64,000 nucleotides of DNA, taken from Escherichia coli. Its GTDB lineage: Bacteria > Pseudomonadota > Gammaproteobacteria > Enterobacterales > Enterobacteriaceae. Shown here piece after piece: positions 8,002 through 19,100 of the stretch. The stretch lies in NCBI RefSeq assembly GCF_030384885.1, contig NZ_CP128615.1, one strand, 5' to 3'. The notes below the pieces were generated by a model that did no database searches, was not told the DNA's origin, and saw only the letters and a list, made by a program, of their open reading frames with translations. Numbering within the stretch: the first letter of the stretch is position 1; each line of letters begins with the position of its first letter. The position numbers and the translations under genes were made by a program.

Positions 8002-10674
8002 TTAGAAAAAATCATCTTGGAATGCCAAATCAATGGTTACCGCGTATTGGCTATAACGGGTTCTCATTTCCGCATTCTCAAGAACTAATGTGTATTGAGC
8101 GTTTCTATCGAACTGGGAGCCAATAAGCTTTAACCTAGCTTCGCGAGTACGTTCATCCATCACTTTACTCACGCTATCAAAGTTAATCGTTTCACGACTG
8201 GAGACTTCATTACCTTGTGCATCGACGATATAGACATCCAACAACCGTGCGACGAAACGCTCGCCTACAGGGTCTGTCTGAATAAATCTGACCTTGTCGA
8301 TATTGTTTACTAATTTGATGGGCTGAGTGGCTGCTACAACACCTACCGGTTGTTTCTCATGTTTTGCTGCTTGTTCTTTTTGTAGCTCTCGCACATGTAG
8401 TACCGGTACGCAGACTTCCTGTAGCATCGCTCCGCCATGCACAAACTTAGCACCACCAACGAAGTGGAAGCGTTGAGCCGCTTTTGGAAGCAGGAACTCG
8501 GTATCACTTGAGCCATGAGCCGTATCGTTAATTGAGCCTTTCCAACAGGCTTCATCTGAAGGCAAGTTATTACCAACGATATAACGTTTCTTGGCTTCTA
8601 TCGCTCCAGCAGGTTTGGTTTTCAACGAGGTTTTGTCAGCCGCTACAAGTGCTTTTTGTTGGAAGAGGAAGCCATGGTCAGCAGTGATCACAACTCGGCT
8701 GCCGTTTAGACGGTTGATGACCCGCCCAACGAGGTCTTTTAGCTCTTCAATGGCACTACGACAGGCTTCAAACGTTTTCTCTTCAGTTGCTGCCTTATCA
8801 CCAATCGCATCAATGGTATCGTGATAGATATAAACGACTTCTACGTCTCGAACCTTGTCACGCCCCTCCTGGTTACTCCAGCTCATCAGTTCCTTAGAAC
8901 TCACTGCCATACCACCTACTTTTTGTAGGATGGCGTTGCGGTTGTCTAGACCCTGTGAAGAAATACCATCCACATAAACAGCCGTGCCTTGCTCTGGCTG
9001 GTAACTGAGCGCCTTATGAGGCAATAATGCCGCCATCCCAAGTTGGGTATAACTCGGCAAAACGCCCAACTGCGTAGACACCTCAGCCTTAAATCGCTTC
9101 TCGTTGTTAATGATAGCGCCAAGCTCATTCGCAATTTCAAAACGCAGGGCATCAGAGATGATCACAAACACTCGTTTTGTCTGTTTCAGACTCAGTCGTG
9201 TGCGAACTTCTTTTTCATAGAAGTCATACTGGTGCGGTACGCCAGAAATCTGCCACTTTTCAAGTAATTTTTCATTGGCCAAGTGACGATCCCATGCAAG
9301 GCCAAGCTCATACAAGTACCAGTTGGTATAAATGCTTTCGACTTCGTCGTCGAGCTGACGCAGTATGTCTGCACCTTTACTCAATACAGAGTGCACATGC
9401 TCATTGAACAAACGGTAAGCCTGGTCAAAACGATAAATGTCTGTGGTATAGGCGTCGTACATTGCTTTCGCGTTATCAAAGTGGAACCCATCCACATAGC
9501 GATTTCGCAAGTGCATTAACTCTTCAGCGTTGCGGATAGCTTCATAAATTGCGAAGTATTCTTTGCGTGACAATGTCCAGTGGCTAGAAAGACGTCTTGA
9601 TAAGACCGTATCAAACTGAACCCGGTCTAGCGCTTTACTGCTATCGAGCAAATCACGAACTAAACCACGGATTATGGCCTGTTCCACAGCTTCGAACGTT
9701 TCGCATTCGATAAGCTCAACCGGATGGTACTGCCCAGCACGAGTCGAAATTTCCAACTGTTGGCTAAGCACCTTAGAGATGCTTTCGTAGTAAGCGGCGA
9801 AAGAGCGGCTGTCGCGCCAGCTCACCATAAACGCCAAGGCTGTCGCCCGGCCTGATGCGCTTTTTAGAACATTGTTAAGCAACCAATCGCGTTCAACACC
9901 TTCAATTTGGCTCCAGAATTCAGTACAGAATAATTTCAACACGAAGTCTGAGAAGGTTGGCTCTTCAACTGTATAGCCAAAACCCTCACTCAGATATGCC
10001 CAGAGTGAGGTCTCAAGATCAAACTTTCCTAGCTGGCTCCATAAAGGTTGACCAAGGCTTTCATCTTCGATATAAGCCGCATATTCGCGTAGTAACCCAA
10101 GCAGAATGTCCGACAAAGACGCAGAATCAGCTTTTACAACCACTGCCATCATCTTTCTGTCTAACGACAGTTCGTCTTCGTTCTCAGTCACCCACTTTTT
10201 TAAACCGGCTATGCGCTGTTTATTGGCAAAAAAGCTCTGGCGCTTACGAATGTGCGTGCGAAGCGCCATTTTCGGAATACCCAGCTCATTAAGCAGCATT
10301 GAGCTGTGATCAGCAAAAAACTGCTCGCTATACAAACGCACGTCTAGCAACCAATCGCGGTCAGGCTCTGGCTCAGCGCTTGGAAAATAGATAAGGAATT
10401 TAGCTTCACGCTCATCTACTTCAATGCGTTTTTTCACTGCCAATACAGACTCATTGCCCATATTGAGGATGGTCAAATCATTTGGAAGCACCCGTGCAGT
10501 TTTATCCGCCGATTTATCGTCTGTTTCTTTTGCAAGCCCTTCTTTTGCAATAGAGAGGGCGTTAGCTAAATGCTCAAGCTCTTCAGTAAAGCTTTGCTCT
10601 GGGTCGTACCAAAACACAATGCGGCTTTGTTCAAATTTGGCAGCAACGCCTTGTGCCAGTTCACTAATCTGCAT
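8002..10674 (-). CDS. pglZ: BREX protein PglZ (alkaline-phosphatase superfamily)
   Basis: 890 aa; position between pglX and brxL; size and composition match PglZ. Confidence 0.85.
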   Translation of the reverse strand: MQISELAQGVAAKFEQSRIVFWYDPEQSFTEELEHLANALSIAKEGLAKETDDKSADKTARVLPNDLTILNMGNESVLAVKKRIEVDEREAKFLIYFPSAEPEPDRDWLLDVRLYSEQFFADHSSMLLNELGIPKMALRTHIRKRQSFFANKQRIAGLKKWVTENEDELSLDRKMMAVVVKADSASLSDILLGLLREYAAYIEDESLGQPLWSQLGKFDLETSLWAYLSEGFGYTVEEPTFSDFVLKLFCTEFWSQIEGVERDWLLNNVLKSASGRATALAFMVSWRDSRSFAAYYESISKVLSQQLEISTRAGQYHPVELIECETFEAVEQAIIRGLVRDLLDSSKALDRVQFDTVLSRRLSSHWTLSRKEYFAIYEAIRNAEELMHLRNRYVDGFHFDNAKAMYDAYTTDIYRFDQAYRLFNEHVHSVLSKGADILRQLDDEVESIYTNWYLYELGLAWDRHLANEKLLEKWQISGVPHQYDFYEKEVRTRLSLKQTKRVFVIISDALRFEIANELGAIINNEKRFKAEVSTQLGVLPSYTQLGMAALLPHKALSYQPEQGTAVYVDGISSQGLDNRNAILQKVGGMAVSSKELMSWSNQEGRDKVRDVEVVYIYHDTIDAIGDKAATEEKTFEACRSAIEELKDLVGRVINRLNGSRVVITADHGFLFQQKALVAADKTSLKTKPAGAIEAKKRYIVGNNLPSDEACWKGSINDTAHGSSDTEFLLPKAAQRFHFVGGAKFVHGGAMLQEVCVPVLHVRELQKEQAAKHEKQPVGVVAATQPIKLVNNIDKVRFIQTDPVGERFVARLLDVYIVDAQGNEVSSRETINFDSVSKVMDERTREARLKLIGSQFDRNAQYTLVLENAEMRTRYSQYAVTIDLAFQDDFF

Positions 10675-13600
10675 TAGTTAACCTCCGGGGCCGAACCGGT
10701 AATGGCCTTAACATCAGCCAACAGATCACCAAACTTGCCGTAATTCACTTTCACGCCATCATCCAAATCCAGTGAAATACGCATATCAGCGTAGTGTTTT
10801 AGCTTGTCATCAAACTCGCGTAGTTCAACCTGTTTCTTGATTAAGGCATCCAACTCTTTCTTGAAGCGGTTCGCTTCACTGGTCGAGTCTGCCGTTTCAA
10901 TCTGCTTCTCAAGCTGCTCTGCATAAGCATCGTATTTGCCGAGTAACGGGGTGACATACTCGGTACGCATACGCGAAAGCGTGCCCTCGTTGTAACGGTG
11001 CAGGTAAACCAGGCACTCAAAAGCCTTCTGTTTGCCTGAGCTAAACAACCAATAAATAGGACGTTTTTTGTATGTCTTCAGGTGGTCTTTGTAGAATTGA
11101 GTCGATAAATAGCGGCGGATCGTCTCAAGAGCTGATTCTGATTTTTTGGGCTTTATGGCATTTAAGCACAGAGACTCTGCAACAAAATCGAGATTTTCTT
11201 GTAAGTGTTCTTCACCCCAAACAACTTGGACAAACTCGCGGAAACGATTGGTTGCGTCGTCCTTGAACCATTCTTGGTCGGTTAGGGGAATGATGCCATT
11301 TTCGTCGGCAGCAAAAGATTGATAAGCACCTTCGGCAACGAGTTTATCAAACCCATAATTACAAGCATGAGCGTAGACTAAGCCTTCACGATCAAGAGAG
11401 TAACGCCCCATCATGCAACCAATGGAGTAACTAATGAGTTCACAGGTTGTATCAGATTTTAACTTACTTAAATCAGTAGAATTTTCATATCGAAAAGCAG
11501 GGTTAGCAAATAATGATAGTGTTGAAATATCTATTGAAACCGGCACCGAAATTCCAAAATCATTGCATATTAAAGAATTAACTTCACTTTCCAAATTGGC
11601 TTGTTCATTAACTAGATTTAACTTCACTTCATTTAGAACCTGATAAGATTCAGCAATTTTGGCACGTTTTATTTTACACAGAGGCGAACATTCAAAGTTC
11701 CATGACGTTTCGTACATATCCCAATCAACCTTTGCGTTGGAAATTAAATCGCTCACCTTTTCAAACAATGCTTCTTTGTCAGCCTTATTGAAAATTGCCG
11801 GCAATGAGGCTATTTGACTCGTTTCATAGTTAAGCGTTGGCGAAATGATTTTTAACTGTTCCAGCACTACAGATGAGTTTAACTGAGCCAATAAGGCATA
11901 TTCTTCAATTCGAGAATTAAGAAATACTGATGCACCTGCAACGTCAAATATCGCTCCTTCAGGCTGCCATCTGAACGATGGAATTCCACTCGAAATTTTT
12001 GACCAAGTTACTGAGCTACGAAAATAAAATGCACCATTTTTCACAGTTCTAGTAGGAGACCCATACAAACTTTTAGCGTATGCAAATACCTCTTCACCTG
12101 CATTTTCCCAATTAATTACGTATTCCTGATTGCCATACCATTTTCTATATGAACCGCCTTTATTATATGGAAACCATTTGAATCCTGAGGATTCAGCTTC
12201 ATCTTTAGAACTAGAGTCATACATTGAGGTGTTTACTGGAACTTCATGCCATAGCCTTAAGAATCTATTATTATCACTTGTTTGACACCCAACTCTAGTT
12301 TTAGCAACTGACGATATTGGCGCGTCCATAAATGTATTTAATATTTCCTTGGCAACCCAATAAGCAATCGGACTCCCAGGAATCTTTTTGAAATCATCCT
12401 GAGCTGTCGCTGCAAATTCATTCTCTCTATTGAGCAATGCTTTTTGCTTTTCTTCTTCATTGCCATCTATCAGCCTATAAAAGGTAGGTTGATAATGATT
12501 GATGTGCTTATTTTGAATAATCCAGGCAGTAGTCTGTACAACCTCGCCACTAATCTGACTAAAAGCGCGTGCACCGAGGTGAGCCATAGTAATAAATGTA
12601 TGGTCTTCCAATAAATTGTTTCTTAGTTGCTCATAACTCGACAAGAACATCCACGATTGCATATTGATTTGAGCATTAAATCCATATTGAGAAAGCAATT
12701 TAAATGCTCGCTCCATAAAAATGGCAAACAAGTCTGATTTACTATTTGGGTATTGTTTCTTAGCAAACTCTTTCAAATCTGCATTCATTCCTTTTGCTCC
12801 CATATAGGGAGGATTAGCAATCACAGCATCGTAACGAATAGATAAAACCAAAGCCTGGTGAACAAACTCAATCAATTGCTTCGCTGCCAGCTTCTGCATT
12901 GAGTCGCCTGACTCTTGTAGCTCTACTAGCGTGCTCAGGAGCTCTTTTAGCTGTTCATGGTCATCGCTTGGTACATCAATCAATGAACCAAAGGTCTTGG
13001 CTTGAGTAAATCTTGCCAACGTTCGCTTCAGCAGTTGGTAGCGGTTGTCTGCATTGAACGAGCTTAAATCTTGCTCTTCGTCAGAGAACAGTCCTTGTGA
13101 TGTGCCGCTTTGCCAACTTCCCGATAGGTTGAGTGCTTTCCATAAGGTCGGCAGATCAATATGGTTACTTTCCTGCAATGACAGTACATTGAGTCGCACG
13201 TTACGGGTAAAAATACGCTTGTCGTCATCTCTCGCCATCATCATCAGGGCAAAGCCAGATAGCTGTGCTGCACGATCATCTATGTCCAAGCCGAAGAGGT
13301 TGTTCTCCAGGATCATCTTTGGAATGTCACGAGAGCGGAAACCACGTTCTTCGTAGATGGCTTTTAGTACGTTGTAAGCTTCAATCAGTATGTGGCCCGA
13401 GCCACAAGCGGGATCGAGTACTTTGATGGTTTCAGGTTCAATCGATTCTGGCGTAATAGCCTTTAGCTGTTGGTTAACTTCGTCAGATTGCTGCGCAGGC
13501 TCAATGTAGTATTCCATCTGGCTTTTAATGGCAGAGTCTGGGTAGGTTTGCAGCCATTGACGACCGACTGAGTTTTGTACCAGGTACTTTACAATCCAGT

Positions 13601-14342
13601 TAGGTGTAAATAGCTGAGTAGCGGCAGGAATGTCTTCACTTTTGACTACTTTTCCGATGACCTGATCTTTCTTTTCAGAAATGTAGAATTGGTAAAGCCA
13701 ACCAATCACTTCGACTTGTTGCCAGTCCTCTTCAGGGATGCCGTCTACCAATCCACGCAGAATGGAGTCGGTACGCATTAGGTTGTCTGGTAGCAGAAGC
13801 TCTGTTTCATCGTCCAATGCGTCAAATAAGAAAGGCATCGCTTCATGTAGCTTATGGCACTGGCCTAACAGCAGTTCACGATACAGCTCTTCGTCTTTGT
13901 TGCCCGCAAGCTTGAGTTCAACAATGCGAGCTCTATCTAATCCGAGTTCATCCGCAGCGTCTTGGGCATGGTCGATAATTTCAAAGCCTTTAGGGTTGTC
14001 TGGGTGCGACAAAACACGAAAACCGTGGCCTAGATAGTCATGGATTTCCATATAGCGAATAGCACACAGACGGTTGAACCAGGTATAAGCTACTTGTTCA
14101 ATAAGTTGTGCATACCCAAGTTTCTGGCTTCTGGCTACTATGCGTTTTCTGGGCTCGGCCAGTTTACCGTCAAAACTGTTACCAGCGATTTGAAGCACAG
14201 AACCTTGTAGATTCGCTTCTGCAATTTGTAGCTCGCCCTTTTTATTCGCGGTGATACCAAAGGTATTTAATCGTTTAGCTACCGCATCCATAAATTCGCG
14301 GCGCGCTTTTGGTGCGTATTTTTTAATGTTGTTCGTATTCAT
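10674..14342 (-). CDS. pglX: BREX N6-adenine DNA methyltransferase PglX
   Basis: 1222 aa; contains the amino-methyltransferase motif IV NPPY (VIANPPYMGAKGMN) and an AdoMet-binding-like LDPACGSGHIL motif. Confidence 0.9.
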   Translation of the reverse strand: MNTNNIKKYAPKARREFMDAVAKRLNTFGITANKKGELQIAEANLQGSVLQIAGNSFDGKLAEPRKRIVARSQKLGYAQLIEQVAYTWFNRLCAIRYMEIHDYLGHGFRVLSHPDNPKGFEIIDHAQDAADELGLDRARIVELKLAGNKDEELYRELLLGQCHKLHEAMPFLFDALDDETELLLPDNLMRTDSILRGLVDGIPEEDWQQVEVIGWLYQFYISEKKDQVIGKVVKSEDIPAATQLFTPNWIVKYLVQNSVGRQWLQTYPDSAIKSQMEYYIEPAQQSDEVNQQLKAITPESIEPETIKVLDPACGSGHILIEAYNVLKAIYEERGFRSRDIPKMILENNLFGLDIDDRAAQLSGFALMMMARDDDKRIFTRNVRLNVLSLQESNHIDLPTLWKALNLSGSWQSGTSQGLFSDEEQDLSSFNADNRYQLLKRTLARFTQAKTFGSLIDVPSDDHEQLKELLSTLVELQESGDSMQKLAAKQLIEFVHQALVLSIRYDAVIANPPYMGAKGMNADLKEFAKKQYPNSKSDLFAIFMERAFKLLSQYGFNAQINMQSWMFLSSYEQLRNNLLEDHTFITMAHLGARAFSQISGEVVQTTAWIIQNKHINHYQPTFYRLIDGNEEEKQKALLNRENEFAATAQDDFKKIPGSPIAYWVAKEILNTFMDAPISSVAKTRVGCQTSDNNRFLRLWHEVPVNTSMYDSSSKDEAESSGFKWFPYNKGGSYRKWYGNQEYVINWENAGEEVFAYAKSLYGSPTRTVKNGAFYFRSSVTWSKISSGIPSFRWQPEGAIFDVAGASVFLNSRIEEYALLAQLNSSVVLEQLKIISPTLNYETSQIASLPAIFNKADKEALFEKVSDLISNAKVDWDMYETSWNFECSPLCKIKRAKIAESYQVLNEVKLNLVNEQANLESEVNSLICNDFGISVPVSIDISTLSLFANPAFRYENSTDLSKLKSDTTCELISYSIGCMMGRYSLDREGLVYAHACNYGFDKLVAEGAYQSFAADENGIIPLTDQEWFKDDATNRFREFVQVVWGEEHLQENLDFVAESLCLNAIKPKKSESALETIRRYLSTQFYKDHLKTYKKRPIYWLFSSGKQKAFECLVYLHRYNEGTLSRMRTEYVTPLLGKYDAYAEQLEKQIETADSTSEANRFKKELDALIKKQVELREFDDKLKHYADMRISLDLDDGVKVNYGKFGDLLADVKAITGSAPEVN

Positions 14343-14357
14343 ATGATCTTGCGCCTC

Positions 14358-16121
14358 TTATTCTGTCTCTACGCTGTTTGCGGGTTGTAATGCGGTTCTA
14401 ATGCGGGCAAGCAGTGTTTCCTGACGCTCGCGGTAAAAGTCCATAAACTGGTTTAGTTGTTCAGGTAATGATGTTATGGCTTGCGATTGCAGATGTGCTT
14501 GTCTTGCATTCACATCAGGCCACTGCTGCGCATACCATTCATGGGGCATTTTTTGCCGCTTCTGGTTGTTGATTGTCCCTTCCAACAGTTGAAGGTTTGG
14601 CAGCTTGTTAGATGCCTCGATGAGTTCATCTAGCTGTTCAGCTGGGACACCAACTTTTGCAAGCTTGTTACGCGTAAACAAACCTTTGGGGTAAATGTGG
14701 TCCACATGAAAGTGTCGTGAAAAATCGAATCCTGGGAACAACAAAGTCAACAAGGCAAAGGTACGCGGATTACCATAATCCAACTGCGCTAGTTCACTAA
14801 TTTCCTCTGGGTCAAAGCGCAACGATTTACCACGCTGTTGCATGGTCGCTTCAATTTTCGCTAGCGGGAAACCCGTATCACCCGATTGTTTAATGTCTGA
14901 GCGAAGCATAGTAAGCAGGGTATCCAAACCACTTCCCCAGATGCCTGACGCTTTCAACAACGACCTAATGAGCCAGTTTCTGATGCATTCTCTATCGACC
15001 GCATATTCAACCCTAGAAAGGTAGCTTGCCGTTAACTTTCGGTGGTGCAGGTAATAGGCTAACGGGAGGATGGCACTTGTTGCTCTGAGGTTTTGTGCAT
15101 TAAAACCAAAACTTGCCAGCAACTGCATTGAGAGCAATAACGCATCACGAATTGGCGTCCAGTTCTTTTCGAGAATCGCCATATTTTCCTTGTTAAAGTT
15201 CTCAACCTTAAAGCCCACGCTACCGATGTCAGAGAGCATTAAGCCTGCTTTTAAAACGAGATCTTTTGATACGTTGAATCCATCACCAACACGGTTCATC
15301 TCATCCACTAAGGCATGAATTTCTTCACGGGCATCTAACGAGCTCCACTGCGCTACGGCTATTGAAAGTAGTAAGTCTGAGTAGGACAAAGTAGTGCCGC
15401 CGCTATTCATGCGGATAAAGATATTCAGAACACGTTCAAGGCTCTGATCACTTTCTTCGTAAAACGAAATCTTATCTTTGTCATGGATAGTTCGATACAA
15501 GTGACGAAGAGTTGAGCGAGCCTCTTTGCGTTGCTCCGAGCTCAACCTAGCATCATCAGCAACTTCATCGATAAGTGCATCTTCTTCCTCTTCCATGATC
15601 CGGCCTACACGGAACCAGTATTGTTCAGATGCATCCAAAGAGGCTTTATCGTCGGTTAGGAACTCAAAGTCATACATCGACCCAGTTTCTAAGTCGGGCT
15701 GGCTTAACAGATTTAAGTGAAGCCTGCGCACTGGGAAGGCGTCATCATTGCTCCACCATTTACCTGTCAGCTTCCACGCAAATGAGCCGCGTAGGCCGAT
15801 GTTCAAAGCGGTAATCCGCTGCTGTCCATCTAGGACGGCAATGAACTCACGCTCTGGTAACTGAGTGACATTTTCACAATGGTAGTTATCTCGCTCATGG
15901 TAATGCTGCATGAACTGATAAAACTGATAGCTATGCCGGTTCTCTGGTTTTATCTTCCAGAATAGAAAGGTCCCAAACGGGTAACCTTGCAACAGGCTAT
16001 CAAATAGACGACAGATCTGTTCTGGTCGCCATACAAACTCTCGCTGGATGGCCGGTAACAGGTATTCCTGCTCAGCAACCTTGTCGAGTAATGATCTTAT
16101 TGTTCCACCCGCTTGATACAT
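14358..16121 (-). CDS. brxU: GmrSD-family type IV restriction endonuclease (DUF262 plus DUF1524), BrxU-like, embedded in the BREX locus
   Basis: 587 aa; N-terminal DUF262 motifs (LPAIQREFVW, DGQQR), C-terminal DUF1524 His-Me finger motif (HVDHIYPK); sits between brxC and pglX. Confidence 0.75.
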   Translation of the reverse strand: MYQAGGTIRSLLDKVAEQEYLLPAIQREFVWRPEQICRLFDSLLQGYPFGTFLFWKIKPENRHSYQFYQFMQHYHERDNYHCENVTQLPEREFIAVLDGQQRITALNIGLRGSFAWKLTGKWWSNDDAFPVRRLHLNLLSQPDLETGSMYDFEFLTDDKASLDASEQYWFRVGRIMEEEEDALIDEVADDARLSSEQRKEARSTLRHLYRTIHDKDKISFYEESDQSLERVLNIFIRMNSGGTTLSYSDLLLSIAVAQWSSLDAREEIHALVDEMNRVGDGFNVSKDLVLKAGLMLSDIGSVGFKVENFNKENMAILEKNWTPIRDALLLSMQLLASFGFNAQNLRATSAILPLAYYLHHRKLTASYLSRVEYAVDRECIRNWLIRSLLKASGIWGSGLDTLLTMLRSDIKQSGDTGFPLAKIEATMQQRGKSLRFDPEEISELAQLDYGNPRTFALLTLLFPGFDFSRHFHVDHIYPKGLFTRNKLAKVGVPAEQLDELIEASNKLPNLQLLEGTINNQKRQKMPHEWYAQQWPDVNARQAHLQSQAITSLPEQLNQFMDFYRERQETLLARIRTALQPANSVETE

Positions 16122-16137
16122 AGTTATCCGTTGCCTC

Positions 16138-19100
16138 TTACTTAATTCTTACTCGGTCGCCAGCTTTGACCGCAGCAATCAGCTGCTCTCTTAAAGCGGC
16201 AAGATAGGCATCAACTTCGGCTTCACTTTCAATGAATCCGGTTGTTACTGACTTAGCCATGGCATCGGTTGAGTTAATCGTTACGGTACGTTTTGCAACC
16301 GGCTGTGGCTGCACTGGTTCAGAGGCTGGCTCAGGTGCTGGAGCTGCTTTACCGGCTTTCGCTGCTTCCTCTTCGCGTGTCTGCTGTTCGAGTTCACGAC
16401 GTCTTTGCTCAGCTTCAGCTTTTTTGCGTTGATCTTCGATAAAGCCATTCAGCAACTCATAGGCTTCGTCCTCGTAACCTTCCGCTTCAGTTTGCTCACT
16501 GATAATTTGTGGTATTGAAGAGGTCGCTTCAATACGCTGTCTGCACATTTGTAACGGGCGCAGTGCTTGGTTCTGTAATTCAGACGGTGCATGAGCTTCA
16601 GCTAGCGCTTCTTTTACACGTCCGATGCGCAGATCAACACGCTCTAAGGCATGAGTGCGTTTTTCTTCAACCAATGTTGAGTTAATTTTTGCCACCTGCT
16701 CGATAAGCGGATTAATGTGGCGCAGCTGCTCATACGGCGAGGGCATATTGTAAATGCGTTCTAATTCAGTGAGCGCTTTTAATGCTTCACTGTCTTTTTC
16801 TAACGCAGGTCTATTGGCCTTAAACTTCTCGTTCAATGCGCCAGCAAGGGCTTGCCAAGTTTGAAATTGGCTATTGTAGAAGTCATCAAGATCCTCAAAG
16901 TCCTCAGCAAACTCTTCAAGGGCATCAGCGTTTTCTAAGAATCGGGTGATAAGAGCGAAGCTTGAAGTTTGCTCAAGAATACCCGCGACCAATGCAAGAC
17001 CATCGTCAATTTGAGATTTACCTGGGAAATGGCCTGTCTGTGACTTGGTTCTGAATGATTTAAGCTCTTCATTCCAAGCCAGTAATTCATCGCGCACTAA
17101 TTCGTAGAGCTCCTTTTCACCAGAGCCGGTAAAGGTTTTTGAAAAGATCTCTTTAACAAGACCAGCAGCCTTTTTGATTTGGCGCTCGTCATGTTGCCTG
17201 ATTTTATGTACACGGATCTCACCGCGTTTACGCACGCTGGTAAACGGCTCGTAAGCTTTTTTCAACGCCAGATCTGTGCCCTGGGTACTAAAAGATAACT
17301 TTCCAGCCAAGCCCAGCCTTGCAGTGAGCAATAAGATTTCATTGTCTGGCCAGCCATACGGGCGCTTGCCGAAGTGGGCAACGATGTCACGTAAGTAAAC
17401 AGGCTCATTACGCTCGACTTTTAGCGTTACGTACTGCTCAACCTCACGCGTAGCTTCTGGGTTACATTCATCCGCTTGAAGATCCAGTCCAATCTGAGCA
17501 ATATCATCAGCAACAAGTACGGCCTGTAGCTCACGCAAAACTTCACCAGGCGTCGCCTTGAGCATGTTCAATTTAGCGAAGGTGTTTTCGATAACGTATT
17601 TGTATGCTTCTTCGACGATGGCACTTGGCGTTGCTGATTTCTTCGGTAGTTTTGTGCCGATAGCGTAAACGTCAGCCTCTGCAAACAAAGCTTCAAAATC
17701 CGTTCTTAAGCGTTTTTCACGCTCAATATTTTCCATCTGCTTTTCGCGGAGAAGGTGTTCTTGCTCTGGTCGCTGTCCTGAATTTTGTTTTAAGAATCGG
17801 TCAGTTTTTATAAAGGTTGTCAGGTCATCCCAAAGACGTTTATGTTCGCCCAGCTTGACGAGCACGCACCCATCAGCCTCAAGCGTATGATTGATGCAGG
17901 CTTGATCGTGGGAGTAATTTTCAAAGTGCGAATCCAAAGGTGAAATGACTTTAATGACTAGATCTTCCAGCGTGGTGCCATCTTTTGGATGACCATTGCA
18001 AAAACGGCTCACCGCAAAGTCTTGCTTATTAATCGGGTATCGATAGGCACGATTACCTTTCAAAATACCGTCAAATACGATTGCTGAAAGCTTGTTAGAG
18101 ACCTCTGACATTTCAACGTCAGTGTGGCGGATCTCGTTTTCAATCTCTTTTTCTTCGTTGGTCAGGAAGATAAATTCATCACCATTACGCGCAATCAGCA
18201 ATTGGCGTTCAAGACGATTCAAGCTCTCTTCAATTTGTTTACGCAGCGCAATTTTATCTGCATCGATTCGATCAATTGACAGCGTCACAAGGTTGTCTAG
18301 TGTGCTTTTGACAACGTCCACATAACGGATCAAGAAAAGAGTTTTTAGAATCTTGCCATCGAATTCTGTTAAGGAATCCAACTCACAGGCTTGGTCAATC
18401 GTTCGCTTAACCGCTGGCTCCAAAAAGCTTTCAATCGGTGCATAGAAACTGTAAAACGGGATTAACACATCAAGGCCAGAGTCCTTCATCTGTTTTGCAG
18501 CTGATTGGAAAGCATCAAGTAATGAACGCTCACCCATGGCTAAGTGCTTACCCGTCGCGCCTTTTGTTCGAATTGACTCAAACACTTTTTGAACCAGCGT
18601 GTAGTGGTAAGGCACAAACGGATAGTTGTCCACGAAAGACGGAGCGTCGGTGTAGCCCTTTAGAGACGCAGTTGTCGTTTTATCAAATGTCAGCTGGTTA
18701 CGAAGAATGTCGCCCTTTTCAGCAAACACATCGATGAGGTGTGTACGAGCTTCTTCCGTTTTGGACAACAAACGCTTTTGAATAACTTCCGAGGTATTCG
18801 AGCTCGACAGCTGCAAGCGGGTACTAAAACGCCCTTGAATTTTAGAGAAGTCCTCGCCATCGCGCTTATCCATACCACCAATGGCAGCATCAATGTCTGC
18901 CTGAGAGGTAACAACGACCCAAGCTCTGCCACCACAATATGTGCCAAGATCTTCAGTAATGGTCTGAAGCTTCAACATCATTTGTGTGTTCTTACCGATA
19001 AACTGACCGACTTCATCGACTAAGAAAAGAAGGTTACGATCTCCAGTTCGATCTAAGTATTCATTAACCCACTTACAGAAGTTTCGGATATCTAGCGGGA

